A stretch of 64,000 bases of DNA from positions 723 to 64,722 of the forward strand of contig JAHIVT010000008.1 of NCBI GenBank assembly GCA_018816555.1. Reading direction: 5' to 3'. This stretch comes from Pseudomonadota bacterium (lineage in GTDB: Bacteria; Desulfobacterota; Desulfobulbia; Desulfobulbales; SURF-16). This document shows positions 47,669-57,596 of the stretch, piece after piece (the first letter of the stretch is position 1; every line of letters begins with the position of its first letter). The position numbers and the translations under genes were made by a program. The notes under the pieces were generated by a model that made no database searches, was not told where the DNA came from, and was given only the letters and a program-made list of their open reading frames with translations.

Positions 47669-49267
47669 TTAATGAATTGCCTGAAGTAATGAATTTCCGC
47701 CGGCATACCGGTCGAGAACGCAGGTCGCCGCCATGGAGGCCGAGGCGGTTATGAGCTCCGGAATGGAAATGCCAGCATTGAATCCGCCAAGATGAGGTCC
47801 TGTGTGCAGGACAATATCCTGTTCTCCTTTGGGGACTCTGGCGGCCTGTTTTACCGTAAAACCTCTTTCCTCCAGAAACAGTCTGAACTCCCTGTCATTC
47901 ATCTGTCGTTGATCGACCTGTCGCAGCATCTCTTTCATGTGATGGTCAACACCCATTTCCTCAACCATGCGGGACGCCAGGGTTTTCAGGTCAAAAGGCA
48001 TATCTCCGGGAAAGTCATGGCCGACAAAGCCCTTATAGTAGCTTTCCAGTGTCTCCCTGATCAACTCTATAAGGTAGTTTTCGTCAAAAAGATATCTGGC
48101 GTCAACAGGTTTTCCTTCAGGAGAAAGCCCCCGCACTCCTTTTTCGCGATTACGAAAGTAACTGGCTGAGATGAGAAGCAGACTGAGAATGTGGGCTCCG
48201 AGATTCCAGTAAAGCTTTTCACCAGATATCTCCGTTGCCTGAAAATGCTCAAAATCCCTGATGCCGGAAAGTCCGAAATTGGGATGGCGGCAGGAGGAAA
48301 GCCACTGGTCAAGGCGGCCTGCAAGCGGCCAGTCGTAGAGTCCATTATCTTCTCTTCTGTGACTTTGCACCCGGTTATGAAAAAGAGGAATCGGCGCAGT
48401 ATGAACGATGCCCTGGGAGGCCAGATGGCTGAACAGCCAGCCGTTGCGGATCATGACATCTTTGAGTTCGGAAAATTGCCGATAGTGGGAAGGTTCATTG
48501 GCGTAAGCGTAATATTCGCTGTGGGCCGCAAAGGCAATGGCGATGGTTTCGGGATGACAGTGCAGGTCATCCGGCGGGATAATAGGCAGGTCTTTTATAC
48601 GGAAAACGGAAAATCCCTCCAACTCAAGTGGCTCCGGTATGTTGAAACGGACCGGCAGGGAGGAAAAGTATTTTCTCAAGTACTTCATCCAGTATGTTTC
48701 GGTAAAGAGATTAGCGGGCGAATCGTCACGGCGGGCAAGTTTAATAACCAGAATCTTTTTGCCGGAGTTGAACGGCAAGGTGAGACTCCTGCCGTTAAAA
48801 ACCGCCTTCGCAACAGATATGCCGCCACATTTTTCAGCTATTTTTTTAAAGGAAACGCAGGGTATGTCCTGTTCTTCCGTCTTGTGATGGAAGTGTTGAT
48901 TACTGATTAAAGGCAACGATCCGACTGCCTCCGTGACAGCCCGGTGGGAATTGCCGGTGGCGGTGCGCAGCAGTCTTTTCAGTGTTGCCAGGGTGTGTTC
49001 TGTCAAGTCCGGAATATTGCACATGACAATCGCCGTCATGGCCCTCGCAGCTTCCCGGAAAAGAAAATATGACTGTCGCTGCAGCAGAATTTGGGGGTCA
49101 TGCATCGACTTTTCCAGGTTGATGATGTTGTCAATACGCATACTGTGCGGCTGACTGCGGGCAAGTGCATGGAGATTGCAGGCGGCAAGATATCTGGCCG
49201 AAAATTCGGCATGACTGCTGTGTAATGTCTGCTCCTCAAAAAGTATTTGTTTCAGCGCAGTTTCCAT
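47669..49267 (-). CDS. large hypothetical protein (532 aa), possibly an atypical kinase-like fold
   Basis: Long ORF tightly coupled to the DUF89 gene. I recognise no family. Motif-like elements are KILVIKLAR, PLFHNRVQ and GIRDFEH. Confidence 0.7.
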   Translation of the reverse strand: METALKQILFEEQTLHSSHAEFSARYLAACNLHALARSQPHSMRIDNIINLEKSMHDPQILLQRQSYFLFREAARAMTAIVMCNIPDLTEHTLATLKRLLRTATGNSHRAVTEAVGSLPLISNQHFHHKTEEQDIPCVSFKKIAEKCGGISVAKAVFNGRSLTLPFNSGKKILVIKLARRDDSPANLFTETYWMKYLRKYFSSLPVRFNIPEPLELEGFSVFRIKDLPIIPPDDLHCHPETIAIAFAAHSEYYAYANEPSHYRQFSELKDVMIRNGWLFSHLASQGIVHTAPIPLFHNRVQSHRREDNGLYDWPLAGRLDQWLSSCRHPNFGLSGIRDFEHFQATEISGEKLYWNLGAHILSLLLISASYFRNREKGVRGLSPEGKPVDARYLFDENYLIELIRETLESYYKGFVGHDFPGDMPFDLKTLASRMVEEMGVDHHMKEMLRQVDQRQMNDREFRLFLEERGFTVKQAARVPKGEQDIVLHTGPHLGGFNAGISIPELITASASMAATCVLDRYAGGNSLLQAIH

Positions 49268-49461
49268 GCCGGATTGTTTTTTAGAGTTGTGTTTAAATTT
49301 TTTTAAATTGCTGCGTTAAATGTGGTTATTTTTCCGGAATGTCAAAATTTTATTGGTGAAAATTCCATATAATAAGAAAATGACCATTCACTCATTTCTT
49401 AAAAATCTCTAATAATTTAATATTATTATATAATTTTTTAATAATAAATATTAACACATTG

Positions 49462-49477
49462 TGGCACGCAGGTTGCT
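49462..49477 (+). promoter_or_regulatory. sigma-54 (-24/-12) promoter, consensus-grade
   Basis: TGGCACGcaggTTGCT matches TGGCACG-N4-TTGCW at every specified position. An extremely AT-rich tract lies upstream. Confidence 0.7.
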
Positions 49478-49590
49478 GTGGTGAATATTAAAAAAGTTTA
49501 TGCAAAATGAATTTATACCATGGATACAACAATTCGCAAAGTATGATGAGGCCATGTCCATACCTAGCCGGGAGTTGATCAGTCCAGAAA

Positions 49591-49640
49591 AATCAGCAGG
49601 TTCCATCTGCTTAAGGAATATCCTCCTGATTTTGGTTTGG
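49591..49640 (+). terminator. terminator/attenuator-like hairpin inside the sigma-54 leader
   Basis: aatcagcagg (49591-49600) pairs with cctcctgatt (49622-49631) with one C-C mismatch, followed by a U-rich ttggtttgg. Confidence 0.3.
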
Positions 49641-49774
49641 AATCGGCAAGGTTATTTTGCTGACATTTAAAAAATTTGTTTAATCAATTTGCTGATAGCA
49701 TCCGATCAGATAAGTAGTAGTAATTTTTGTCGATAACAGAGCGAGTAACCGGTTAAACGGTTCAAGGAGGGACC

Positions 49775-50197
49775 ATGAATGAGATAGATAAACTTCAGCT
49801 TATGGCAGACTTGGGCCATGAACTGTGCGAGTTGAACCACGGACCGAATGTGCGAAAGGAAAACTTCCCGGCCAGCGATTACATTATCATGCCTTTCGGC
49901 TATGCGGAAAATCAGGTAACCGACGTTGCCGTGCGGGAAATGGTTGTTCCGGTCTGCTATGATTGTGCAACTGCGCTGCTCGGCAATAAGTGGACGCTGC
50001 TGTACTGTTTTGAATGCTGCAGCAGTCAGTGGGTTTACCGGAAACTTGCCAAGAACAGTTACCGGCACCATATTCTCTGGCTGCGTGGCTGCCCTCACTG
50101 CACCAACGAATTCGGCGGGCTCTATTTTAATGACCTACAGGCGGTTGGAGATAGTGTTGCGTTCCTTAAAGACCATATGAACAGGATTGCTGCCTGA
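49775..50197 (+). CDS. Cys-rich (zinc-finger-like) hypothetical protein, 140 aa
   Basis: RBS aaggaggg 5 nt before the ATG. Contains CYDC, CFECC and CPHC motifs. I recognise no family. Confidence 0.6.
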   Translation: MNEIDKLQLMADLGHELCELNHGPNVRKENFPASDYIIMPFGYAENQVTDVAVREMVVPVCYDCATALLGNKWTLLYCFECCSSQWVYRKLAKNSYRHHILWLRGCPHCTNEFGGLYFNDLQAVGDSVAFLKDHMNRIAA

Positions 50198-50237
50198 GAC
50201 TTGTCCGTCTCATGCCGAGAAGAGTTCGGCGACAATG

Positions 50238-50975
50238 TCAGGATGAAGGATGCTGGCGCAGGAGATATTCACTCCTGACATTGGACAGGGCGGAAAAGAT
50301 GTTTCCCTTCATTTGCGGGTTCCCTTCACAGAGATCGTTCAGTAATTGTCTGACCTTTTCCCGTTTGGATGTGCCAGCCAGAGGGCAGGGATTTTCAGCT
50401 GCCTCCAGATGAATTGATTCAGCCATGGTGCGGATCTGCAGCTTGTCGACAAAGGCAAGGGGGCGGATGACCGTCAAGGCGCCGTTAAAAAGGGATTGCG
50501 CGGGAACCATGGTGCTGATGTTGCCGCTGTAGAGTAGATTGAGAAAAAATGTCTCAATAATATCATCTTTGTGATGTCCTAACGCCAGTTTGTTGCAGTC
50601 TTTTTCTCTGGCCAGGGAAAACAGCCTGGTCCTTCTGTTGCGGGCGCACTGGAAGCAGCCGCCTTCCCCTTTTCCCGCAGCAATGGCATCCGTCCCAAAT
50701 GATGTCAGTTCCACCTCAACTTCCATGCCGATTTTGGCCAGCTGTCGCCTCACCAATCCGGATACCTTGCCGGAATCAAATCCCATGTCCAGATGAACGG
50801 CGGAAATAGTGTAGCGGATTGGGGCTTTGTGCTGCCAGTGCTGGAGCAGGGCGGCAAGAGTGAGGCTGTCAATCCCGCCTGAGACGGCGACAAGTACCGA
50901 GTCGCCGTCAGCAAGCATGCTGTAGGTATGCATCGCCTGTCCGATGAGGCGATTAATCGTTTTTGGTATGATCAT
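50238..50975 (-). CDS. ttcA: PP-loop ATPase, TtcA-family tRNA 2-thiolation protein
   Basis: PP-loop SGGIDS, CFQCARNRR and LGHHKDD. Confidence 0.85.
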   Translation of the reverse strand: MIIPKTINRLIGQAMHTYSMLADGDSVLVAVSGGIDSLTLAALLQHWQHKAPIRYTISAVHLDMGFDSGKVSGLVRRQLAKIGMEVEVELTSFGTDAIAAGKGEGGCFQCARNRRTRLFSLAREKDCNKLALGHHKDDIIETFFLNLLYSGNISTMVPAQSLFNGALTVIRPLAFVDKLQIRTMAESIHLEAAENPCPLAGTSKREKVRQLLNDLCEGNPQMKGNIFSALSNVRSEYLLRQHPSS

Positions 50976-51008
50976 TATGCCGGTTGCGGCAGGTTGACAA
51001 TACGAATT

Positions 51009-51647
51009 TTATTCAGTCAGATACTGACAGTCGCCTAGTTTTTCATTGAGGCCTTCCCTGGTGAGCTGCTCTGCCTTGACCCACTTGAATCCCCGACTGG
51101 AAGCCTTGGAAAAGGAAAAAAGGTTGGAGAGCAGGGTCTGCTGTGTTTCATCAAAAACTCCCATGCAGAGTGACTTGCCGGTGGGTACATGGATGAGCTG
51201 GTATTTGAAGGACACGGAGGCGGGTTGGTTGACGGAGTAATCTCCGCCGTCACGCTCGGTGTAACGGCTGACAACGGTCAGCATAACGGCGTCAACACCT
51301 AGCTGCTGGCCAATAAAACGGGCCGTGGTCTGCGGATTGCCACTGAAATCGGAAAGTAATGACTCTCTCTGGTTTTCGGTAAGGAACAGTACATTTTTTT
51401 TATCAGCCAGCATTTCCTGTAAAATGGTGTTGATGGTGGCAACCCCTGCCTCAAGCTGGCGGGTGTTCGCATAGTCATTCTCCTTGTCCGATCTTTCTAT
51501 TTCTGCAGGCAGGACGACAAGGGATGCGATGACCACAGGAGCTTTCGCCTCCTCTGCGGGTTGCTGGTGTTTGGATGAACAGGAGACCAGGAAGAAAGCG
51601 GCTAAGAAAATGGCAATGGGTAATGAAAATAGGGCAAGACGTTTCAA
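51009..51647 (-). CDS. putative lipoprotein
   Basis: Signal peptide with lipobox FFLVSC-SS. No family recognised. Confidence 0.6.
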   Translation of the reverse strand: MKRLALFSLPIAIFLAAFFLVSCSSKHQQPAEEAKAPVVIASLVVLPAEIERSDKENDYANTRQLEAGVATINTILQEMLADKKNVLFLTENQRESLLSDFSGNPQTTARFIGQQLGVDAVMLTVVSRYTERDGGDYSVNQPASVSFKYQLIHVPTGKSLCMGVFDETQQTLLSNLFSFSKASSRGFKWVKAEQLTREGLNEKLGDCQYLTE

Positions 51648-51681
51648 TGGGAAGCCTCCGATGGTCCGGGAAGATTAATTA

Positions 51682-52275
51682 TTACAGAGAGCCTTTTGAG
51701 GAAAGTGGTCCCTGGGTACGTAAGTGTCTGGCAGTTGCCTGATCAAGGGTTCTGCCGAGAGCTTTAAAGATCGCCTCGAGAATATGATGGGTGTTGTGCC
51801 CGTACGGCACCTCTGCATGCAGGGTCATGCCGCCGTGCAGGGAAAAAGCGCGGAGGAATTCCTGGACAAGGGCAGTGTCGAAAGTACCCACCTTCTGATC
51901 GCATTGCACCACATCATAATGGAGATAGGGTCGGTTGGAGAAATCCACGGTGACCCGTGCCAGGGACTCATCCATAGGCAATGAGCAATGACCATAGCGG
52001 TTGATGGCACTGAAATCACCGAGGGCGGCTTTAAATGCCTGGCCGAGGCAGATGCCCACATCTTCAACTGTGTGATGTGCATCAATATCCAGGTCGCCTG
52101 CCGCCTCAATGGTCAGATCAAAAAAACCATGAACGGCAAACAGTGTCAGCATATGGTCGAGAAAAGGAACGCCGGTGTGCAGCGAGGCCTTGCCCTCTCC
52201 GTCAAGGGTGAGACTGAGTCTGATATCGGTCTCATTGGTTTTGCGTTGAATGGTGCTTTCACGGTGGATATTCAT
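51682..52275 (-). CDS. hisB: imidazoleglycerol-phosphate dehydratase
   Basis: RKTNETDI..., DAHHTVEDVGI and GHNTHHILEAIFKA. 197 aa. Confidence 0.95.
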   Translation of the reverse strand: MNIHRESTIQRKTNETDIRLSLTLDGEGKASLHTGVPFLDHMLTLFAVHGFFDLTIEAAGDLDIDAHHTVEDVGICLGQAFKAALGDFSAINRYGHCSLPMDESLARVTVDFSNRPYLHYDVVQCDQKVGTFDTALVQEFLRAFSLHGGMTLHAEVPYGHNTHHILEAIFKALGRTLDQATARHLRTQGPLSSKGSL

Positions 52276-52512
52276 TACAGAATCTCTTGAGAGTTGATTG
52301 TTTACTTTTGCAGGTCTTTGTGGTAAGTTTGAAAGGTTAACTGAATAAATATAGTATATCTATAACAAGTTAACTGATTGAGTGGCAAGATATTTTTCTT
52401 TTTTGGCCGAATTGCCTTTGCGCTTGATAGTAAAGAAAAAAAGGGTAATTTTTTGTTGACAAATATTTGCGCCTCCGGTTATATTCACCTCGTTTTTGGG
52501 ACAAATATATAA

Positions 52513-52587
<75 letters not shown>

Positions 52588-52597
52588 TGCTTATTCA

Positions 52598-52627
52598 AAG
52601 GTTCGAACCGGGTTCGGACCTTTTTTT
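52598..52627 (+). terminator. rho-independent terminator after tRNA-Gly
   Basis: aaggttcgaa pairs with ttcggacctt (one G-U pair), with a 5-nt loop and then a T-run. Confidence 0.7.
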
Positions 52628-52707
52628 GTCAATAAATCACCTGAGCATCATTTAAATATATAATTGAGCGCCGGGTGTCATTTTGTTAGTGAGTTGAGGT
52701 TATTAAA

Positions 52708-53136
52708 ATGAAGACAATTTTAACACCGGTCAAAGAAATTGAACGGAAATGGCTTGTGGTTGATGCTCAGAGCCAGGTTCTGGGTCGCCTTGCTTCTGAG
52801 ATCGCACGCAGGCTTCGCGGTAAACATAAACCGAATTTTTCAACATTTCAGGATACCGGTGATTTCATCATCGTTGTCAATGCCGAGAAGGTTCGTTTAA
52901 CCGGCAGAAAACTCGATGATAAATTTTATTATAATCATTCCGGCTATATGGGTGGTTTGAGGACTCGGACTGCAAAGGAAATTCTTGCTAAAAGTCCTGA
53001 GGAACTGATTTATAAAGCAGTGAAAGGGATGCTGCCCAAAAACACCCTTGGTCGTACCCAGTTGAAAAAACTGAAAGTATACGCTGGCTCTGAACATCCG
53101 CATGAAGCGCAGAAGCCGGAAAATCTTGAATTATAA
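52708..53136 (+). CDS. rplM: 50S ribosomal protein L13
   Basis: 142 aa. [28 protein letters not shown] is a typical L13 N-terminus. Confidence 0.97.
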   Translation: MKTILTPVKEIERKWLVVDAQSQVLGRLASEIARRLRGKHKPNFSTFQDTGDFIIVVNAEKVRLTGRKLDDKFYYNHSGYMGGLRTRTAKEILAKSPEELIYKAVKGMLPKNTLGRTQLKKLKVYAGSEHPHEAQKPENLEL

Positions 53137-53152
53137 TTGAGGTCGTAGAGAT

Positions 53153-53545
53153 ATGTCTGAGCAGCGTTATTATGCCACAGGAAAAAGAAAAACTGCTATT
53201 GCCAGGGTCTGGTTGCAACCGGGTAGTGGTAATATCAATGTGAACAAACTTGCTTTTGCCGATTATTTCGGCGGTGCAATTGATAAGAAGATTGCCACCA
53301 AACCTTTCGTTCTGACTGATTCAATTGATAAATATGATGTCGTTGCCACGTTGAAAGGCGGTGGCAAGGCTGCCCAAGCTGAAGCATTACGCCATGGTAT
53401 TGCCAAGGCTCTGCTTGATGTGGACGTGGTCAATCGTCAGTCTCTGAAAAAGGCAGGTCTTTTAACCCGCGATGCCCGTGTGAAAGAGCGTAAAAAATAC
53501 GGCAAGAAAGCAGCCAGGGCAAGCTTCCAGTTCTCGAAACGTTGA
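53153..53545 (+). CDS. rpsI: 30S ribosomal protein S9
   Basis: 130 aa. YYATGKRKTAIARV start and C-terminal ERKKYG...ARASFQFSKR. Confidence 0.97.
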   Translation: MSEQRYYATGKRKTAIARVWLQPGSGNINVNKLAFADYFGGAIDKKIATKPFVLTDSIDKYDVVATLKGGGKAAQAEALRHGIAKALLDVDVVNRQSLKKAGLLTRDARVKERKKYGKKAARASFQFSKR

Positions 53546-53586
53546 TCTGACTATTTACTTTATTCGTAAATGGCTCTTCCATAGAC

Positions 53587-53627
53587 GGGGAAAGACGAAA
53601 CTATATGTTCGTCTTTCCCTTTTTTTA
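53587..53627 (+). terminator. strong rho-independent terminator after rplM-rpsI
   Basis: Perfect 12-bp stem gggaaagacgaa / ttcgtctttccc (53588-53599, 53608-53619), followed by TTTTTTT. Confidence 0.85.
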
Positions 53628-53656
53628 TTTAAAATGCATGAAGCAAGGAAAAACCA

Positions 53657-54694
53657 ATGTTACGGGTAGGTATTGTTGGTGCATCAGGATATACGGGTGG
53701 TGAGTTGGCGCGTATTCTCAGCCTGCATCCCGAGGTCGAGATCAGTGTTGCCACATCGCGTAATTATGCCGGGAAAAGGTTGTCCCAGGTCTACCCCCAT
53801 CTGGCAGGCATAGCAGACATCGTCTGCGAGGATGTGCAGATAACCGATCTGGTCCATCGCGCCGACATATTTTTCACCGCTGTTCCGCACCAGACGGCCA
53901 TGGCCATTGTGCCCGAATTTCTTGAGGCCGGTAAGAAGGTTATCGATCTGAGCGCGGATTTTCGCCTCGACGATCCTCTGGTTTATGAGGCATGGTATCA
54001 GCCGCATACGGCCCAGAAGTACCTGGCGGAAGCGGTTTACGGACTGCCGGAGCTCAATCGGGAAAATATTGCAGGAGCAAGACTTGTCGCTAATCCCGGC
54101 TGCTATCCGACCTCCATTATTCTGGCCCTGGCGCCTCTGCTGGAAAAAGGCCTGATTGATCTGGATACCATTGTGGCTGATTCTAAATCCGGTACTTCCG
54201 GCGCCGGCCGGGGTGCCCAGGTCGGCTCGCTTTTCTGTGAAGTAACCGACGGCTTCCGGGCCTATAAAGTCGGGGAGCACCGTCATACCCCGGAGATTGA
54301 ACAGGAACTTGGTAAACTTGCCGGTAGCCGGCTGACCATATCCTTTACTCCCCACCTTCTGCCGATCAGTCGCGGCATATTAAGCACCATTTACGGCAAA
54401 CTGATCAGGGACATTGACCCCCAGGAGATCTTTGATCTCTTTCAGTCATTTTATCAGGATGAAAAATTTGTCCGGATCTGCCGACCCGGCAATTTTCCGG
54501 CGACCCAGTATGTGCGTGGCAGCAACTATTGCGATATCGGCTGCAAGGTGGATACGCGCACCGGCCGGGTTGTGCTTGTCTCGGTCATTGACAACCTTGT
54601 CAAAGGCGCTGCAGGTCAGGCTGTACAGAACATGAATGTTATCTGCGGTTTCAGAGAGTCGCTGGGGCTGGAGACCGTTCCTCTTTTTCCTTAA
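53657..54694 (+). CDS. argC: N-acetyl-gamma-glutamyl-phosphate reductase
   Basis: [14 protein letters not shown], active site ANPGCYPTS, and 345 aa. Confidence 0.95.
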   Translation: MLRVGIVGASGYTGGELARILSLHPEVEISVATSRNYAGKRLSQVYPHLAGIADIVCEDVQITDLVHRADIFFTAVPHQTAMAIVPEFLEAGKKVIDLSADFRLDDPLVYEAWYQPHTAQKYLAEAVYGLPELNRENIAGARLVANPGCYPTSIILALAPLLEKGLIDLDTIVADSKSGTSGAGRGAQVGSLFCEVTDGFRAYKVGEHRHTPEIEQELGKLAGSRLTISFTPHLLPISRGILSTIYGKLIRDIDPQEIFDLFQSFYQDEKFVRICRPGNFPATQYVRGSNYCDIGCKVDTRTGRVVLVSVIDNLVKGAAGQAVQNMNVICGFRESLGLETVPLFP

Positions 54695-54715
54695 TATCCG
54701 CTTTCCCCTTGCCTT

Positions 54716-55519
54716 ATGGGTGAACAATCTGTAAATTTGCGCAACATCAGGTTGACGCTTTCCTTTGACGGGACTGAATTTTCCGGCTGGCAGCGCCAGA
54801 CGAGCGCCCGGACGATTCAGGGTGATCTGGAAGAGAAACTTGCCATGATGACTGGTGAGAAGATTGTGATTCACGGCGCCGGCAGGACAGATTCCGGTGT
54901 CCATGCCCTGGCCATGACTGCCCATTTCGCCACCTATTCATCCATTGCCTGTTCGTCTTTCAGGAGCGGATTAAATGGTTTGCTGACTGATTCCATCAAG
55001 GTCATGCAGGTTGAGGAGGTTGACTCCTCGTTTCATTCCCGCATCAGTGCCCGGGCAAAGGTTTATCAGTATTTTTTTACCACGGAAAAAATTGTTCCTC
55101 CCCACAGGCGTTATTACTGTGCCCATCTGCCCGGGGACTTTGATTTAGAAAAAGCCAGGGAGTGTCTGCCGCTTCTCCTTGGCAGACAAGATTTTTCCTG
55201 CTTTGAGGCCACCGGCTCAAGGGATAAGAGGAAGATCGGCGGCCGGGGTGCCTGGCGGGAGATATTTTCCGTATCACTTACACCGGTAGAAAGTCCTTCG
55301 CCGGAGTATCTTTTTGAGATCTGCGGCGACGGTTTTTTACGGAAGATGGTGCGCAATATTATCGGAACCTTGATCGAGGTAGGGCAACAGCGGATGAGTG
55401 TTAGCGATTTCGCGGATTTGCTACAGAAAAAGGATCGATCTCTGGCAGGACCAACCGCACCTGCCTGCGGATTGTTTCTCAAGAAAGTCTATTACGATGA
55501 AAGCTGGTTAGCAGCATAG
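54716..55519 (+). CDS. truA: tRNA pseudouridine(38-40) synthase TruA
   Basis: LSFDGTEFSGWQRQ, catalytic GAGRTDSGVHA, and FLRKMVRNIIGTL. Confidence 0.9.
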   Translation: MGEQSVNLRNIRLTLSFDGTEFSGWQRQTSARTIQGDLEEKLAMMTGEKIVIHGAGRTDSGVHALAMTAHFATYSSIACSSFRSGLNGLLTDSIKVMQVEEVDSSFHSRISARAKVYQYFFTTEKIVPPHRRYYCAHLPGDFDLEKARECLPLLLGRQDFSCFEATGSRDKRKIGGRGAWREIFSVSLTPVESPSPEYLFEICGDGFLRKMVRNIIGTLIEVGQQRMSVSDFADLLQKKDRSLAGPTAPACGLFLKKVYYDESWLAA

Positions 55520-55538
55520 AATAAAAAAAATAAAAGGG

Positions 55539-56750
55539 ATGCACATGGAAGCACAACTATCACTTGCAGATCGTATGAAATTGATCAAGCCGTCACCGAC
55601 CCTGGCGGTGAATGCCAAAGCAAAAGCCATGAAAGCCGCCGGAGCTGATATCCTGAATTTCAGCGTGGGCGAGCCTGATTTCGACACCCCGGCGCATGTG
55701 TGCGCCGCAGGCAAAAAGGCCATTGATGAAGGCTTTACCCGCTATACCGCCGTGCCGGGTATCCCTGAACTGCGGGAGGCAATCGTTGCCCGCTATGCCG
55801 CGGACCGGGGCTGGCATTATGAAGCGGATCAGGTGCAGGTATGCTGCGGCGGCAAACACGGGCTTTACAACATGGCCCAGGCCCTTTTCGGACCGGGTGA
55901 TGAAGTGCTGATCCCCACACCCTACTGGGTCTCCTATCCGCCCATTGTTCTGCTGGCCGGTGCGACTCCGGTTTTTGTTCCCCTGGATGAAAATGAGAAT
56001 TTTGATCTGACAGCGGAAAATTTAAGCAGATGCGCCACCGCCAAAACCCGCGGCATCATTTTAAACAGCCCATCCAATCCCACCGGCGCTATCTTTTCCG
56101 CCAAGGCGCTGGAAAAGGTGGCGCAAATGGCCTTGGAAAGGGGATGGGTGGTTATCTCCGATGATATCTATGATACCATCGTCTATGAAGAGGTGCAGGT
56201 TCCCCATATTCTGGATATTGAACCGAAAATAAAAGATCAGACCATCATTTTAAATGGGGTGTCCAAATCCTTTGCCATGACAGGCTGGCGGATCGGCTAT
56301 TCGCTGGGACCAAAGCATGTCATTGCCGCGATGAACAAGATTCAGAGCCAATCAACCTCAAATCCCGCTTCCATATCCCAGAAAGCCGCGCTGGCTGCAG
56401 TTGCCGGTCCGCAGGATTTTCCGGGCATGATGAAGCAGTCGTTTCTGCCCCGCCGCGAATTTATTGTGGGACAGCTCACCTCGATAGAGGGGATCAGCTG
56501 TGTCAATCCCGCTGGTGCTTTCTATGTATTTCCGAATTTCTCGGCATATTACGGGAAGAAATTTAATGGAAAGGTGATCGCCGGCTCGGTTGAAATGTCT
56601 GAGTATCTGCTTGAGGAAAGCTTCATGGCCACAGTACCCGGAGCCGCTTTCGGCGCAGACGAGTTTGTCCGTTTTTCCTTTGCCACCTCAATGTCCGCCA
56701 TTGAAGAGGGAATGAGAAGGTTAAAGGAAGCCCTTGGCAAGCTTGCATAG
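55539..56750 (+). CDS. class I pyridoxal-phosphate aminotransferase (aspartate aminotransferase-like)
   Basis: GEPDFDTP, NSPSNPTG and SKSFAMTGWRIGY (PLP lysine context). 403 aa. Confidence 0.9.
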   Translation: MHMEAQLSLADRMKLIKPSPTLAVNAKAKAMKAAGADILNFSVGEPDFDTPAHVCAAGKKAIDEGFTRYTAVPGIPELREAIVARYAADRGWHYEADQVQVCCGGKHGLYNMAQALFGPGDEVLIPTPYWVSYPPIVLLAGATPVFVPLDENENFDLTAENLSRCATAKTRGIILNSPSNPTGAIFSAKALEKVAQMALERGWVVISDDIYDTIVYEEVQVPHILDIEPKIKDQTIILNGVSKSFAMTGWRIGYSLGPKHVIAAMNKIQSQSTSNPASISQKAALAAVAGPQDFPGMMKQSFLPRREFIVGQLTSIEGISCVNPAGAFYVFPNFSAYYGKKFNGKVIAGSVEMSEYLLEESFMATVPGAAFGADEFVRFSFATSMSAIEEGMRRLKEALGKLA

Positions 56751-56771
56751 AGCCTGCCCGGAAACAGGCTT

Positions 56772-56957
56772 TTAATATTCCTCTGGACTGGGCTCGCTGA
56801 GAGCCCAGATCCATGGGTCCAGGGGGCGTTCCTTTGACATGGATTTCTGGCCGCTTGCCGTGAAGCACTGATAGACCCAGTTCTGGTTTTTCTCGTAAAT
56901 TTTGATCAAAGCGAGATTTGGGTGAATATACCAACCAGCTTTATAATGTCCGTCCAT
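56772..56957 (-). CDS. small hypothetical protein (61 aa)
   Basis: ATG 56957 is preceded by aggag with a 5-nt spacer. It lies directly downstream of the DtxR-like gene on the same strand. No family recognised. Confidence 0.4.
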   Translation of the reverse strand: MDGHYKAGWYIHPNLALIKIYEKNQNWVYQCFTASGQKSMSKERPLDPWIWALSEPSPEEY

Positions 56958-57048
56958 CGCCACTCCTAAGCGTTCAACACGATTTGTTGTTAAAAATTAC
57001 CCTGAACAGGTAACGCCGACCTGGATTGTCGCCAACCCTCTCATGGAG

Positions 57049-57540
57049 CTATTTTTCTAAACATTTTGAAATGCATGACTGGCAGTTGTCGCTGACTTTG
57101 CCCTTGCTGCAGAAGGTGCTGAAACTGTCAATCCAATCCGTGCCGCCTCTGGGACATTTTTCAAGAAATTGCACAAAGTGGATCATCTTGTCGATAATCT
57201 CCCTGGGAGCGGCATGTTCAATTCTACAGGCGCCAATGTCAGCAATCTTTTCATCGACATCGAGGACTTTAATAAAAAACTCTTTCAGAGCATGATGGCG
57301 GAGGATGATATCCTCTGAAACAATCTTCCCCTTATCAGTGAGGGTTATGACCTCATAGGGAGCATAGTTGATCAAATTTTTCTTGGCGAGCGCCCTGAAT
57401 GCTTCCGTAACGGAGGCGCGACTGACTTTGAGCCTGGCAGCTATCTCTTTTGCCCGGGCCACCTTTTTTTCTTTTATTATCAGGGCAATTACCTCGAGAT
57501 AGTCTTCGAGGCTTGCGCTCAGCCTTGTTTCTTTTTTCAT
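57049..57540 (-). CDS. DtxR/MntR-family metal-dependent regulator with a Cys-rich C-terminal tail
   Basis: LEDYLEVIALIIKEKKVARAKEIAARLKVSRASVTEAFRALAKKNLI (wHTH), then a dimerisation region, then CPRGG...FC...CQSCISKC. The start was set at MKKETR (57540). Confidence 0.8.
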   Translation of the reverse strand: MKKETRLSASLEDYLEVIALIIKEKKVARAKEIAARLKVSRASVTEAFRALAKKNLINYAPYEVITLTDKGKIVSEDIILRHHALKEFFIKVLDVDEKIADIGACRIEHAAPREIIDKMIHFVQFLEKCPRGGTDWIDSFSTFCSKGKVSDNCQSCISKCLEK

Positions 57541-57596
57541 AAAGTAAAAAGAACCGACCACAGTGCGACAAAGCGACGTCTGTGATTTTCATTTTA

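Noticed and set aside
48191-48910. 239-aa plus-strand ORF
   Set aside because: It lies inside the longer 532-aa minus-strand ORF, which is tightly coupled to the DUF89 gene. It has no RBS and no recognisable motifs. I am less certain here than for the others because the sense gene itself is uncharacterised.
53684-54355. 223-aa minus-strand ORF (similar cases at 58159-58869 and 63064-63771)
   Set aside because: Antisense to argC (and, for the similar cases, to the phosphoesterase/lipoprotein genes and to pstC). All of those sense genes have clear family signatures.
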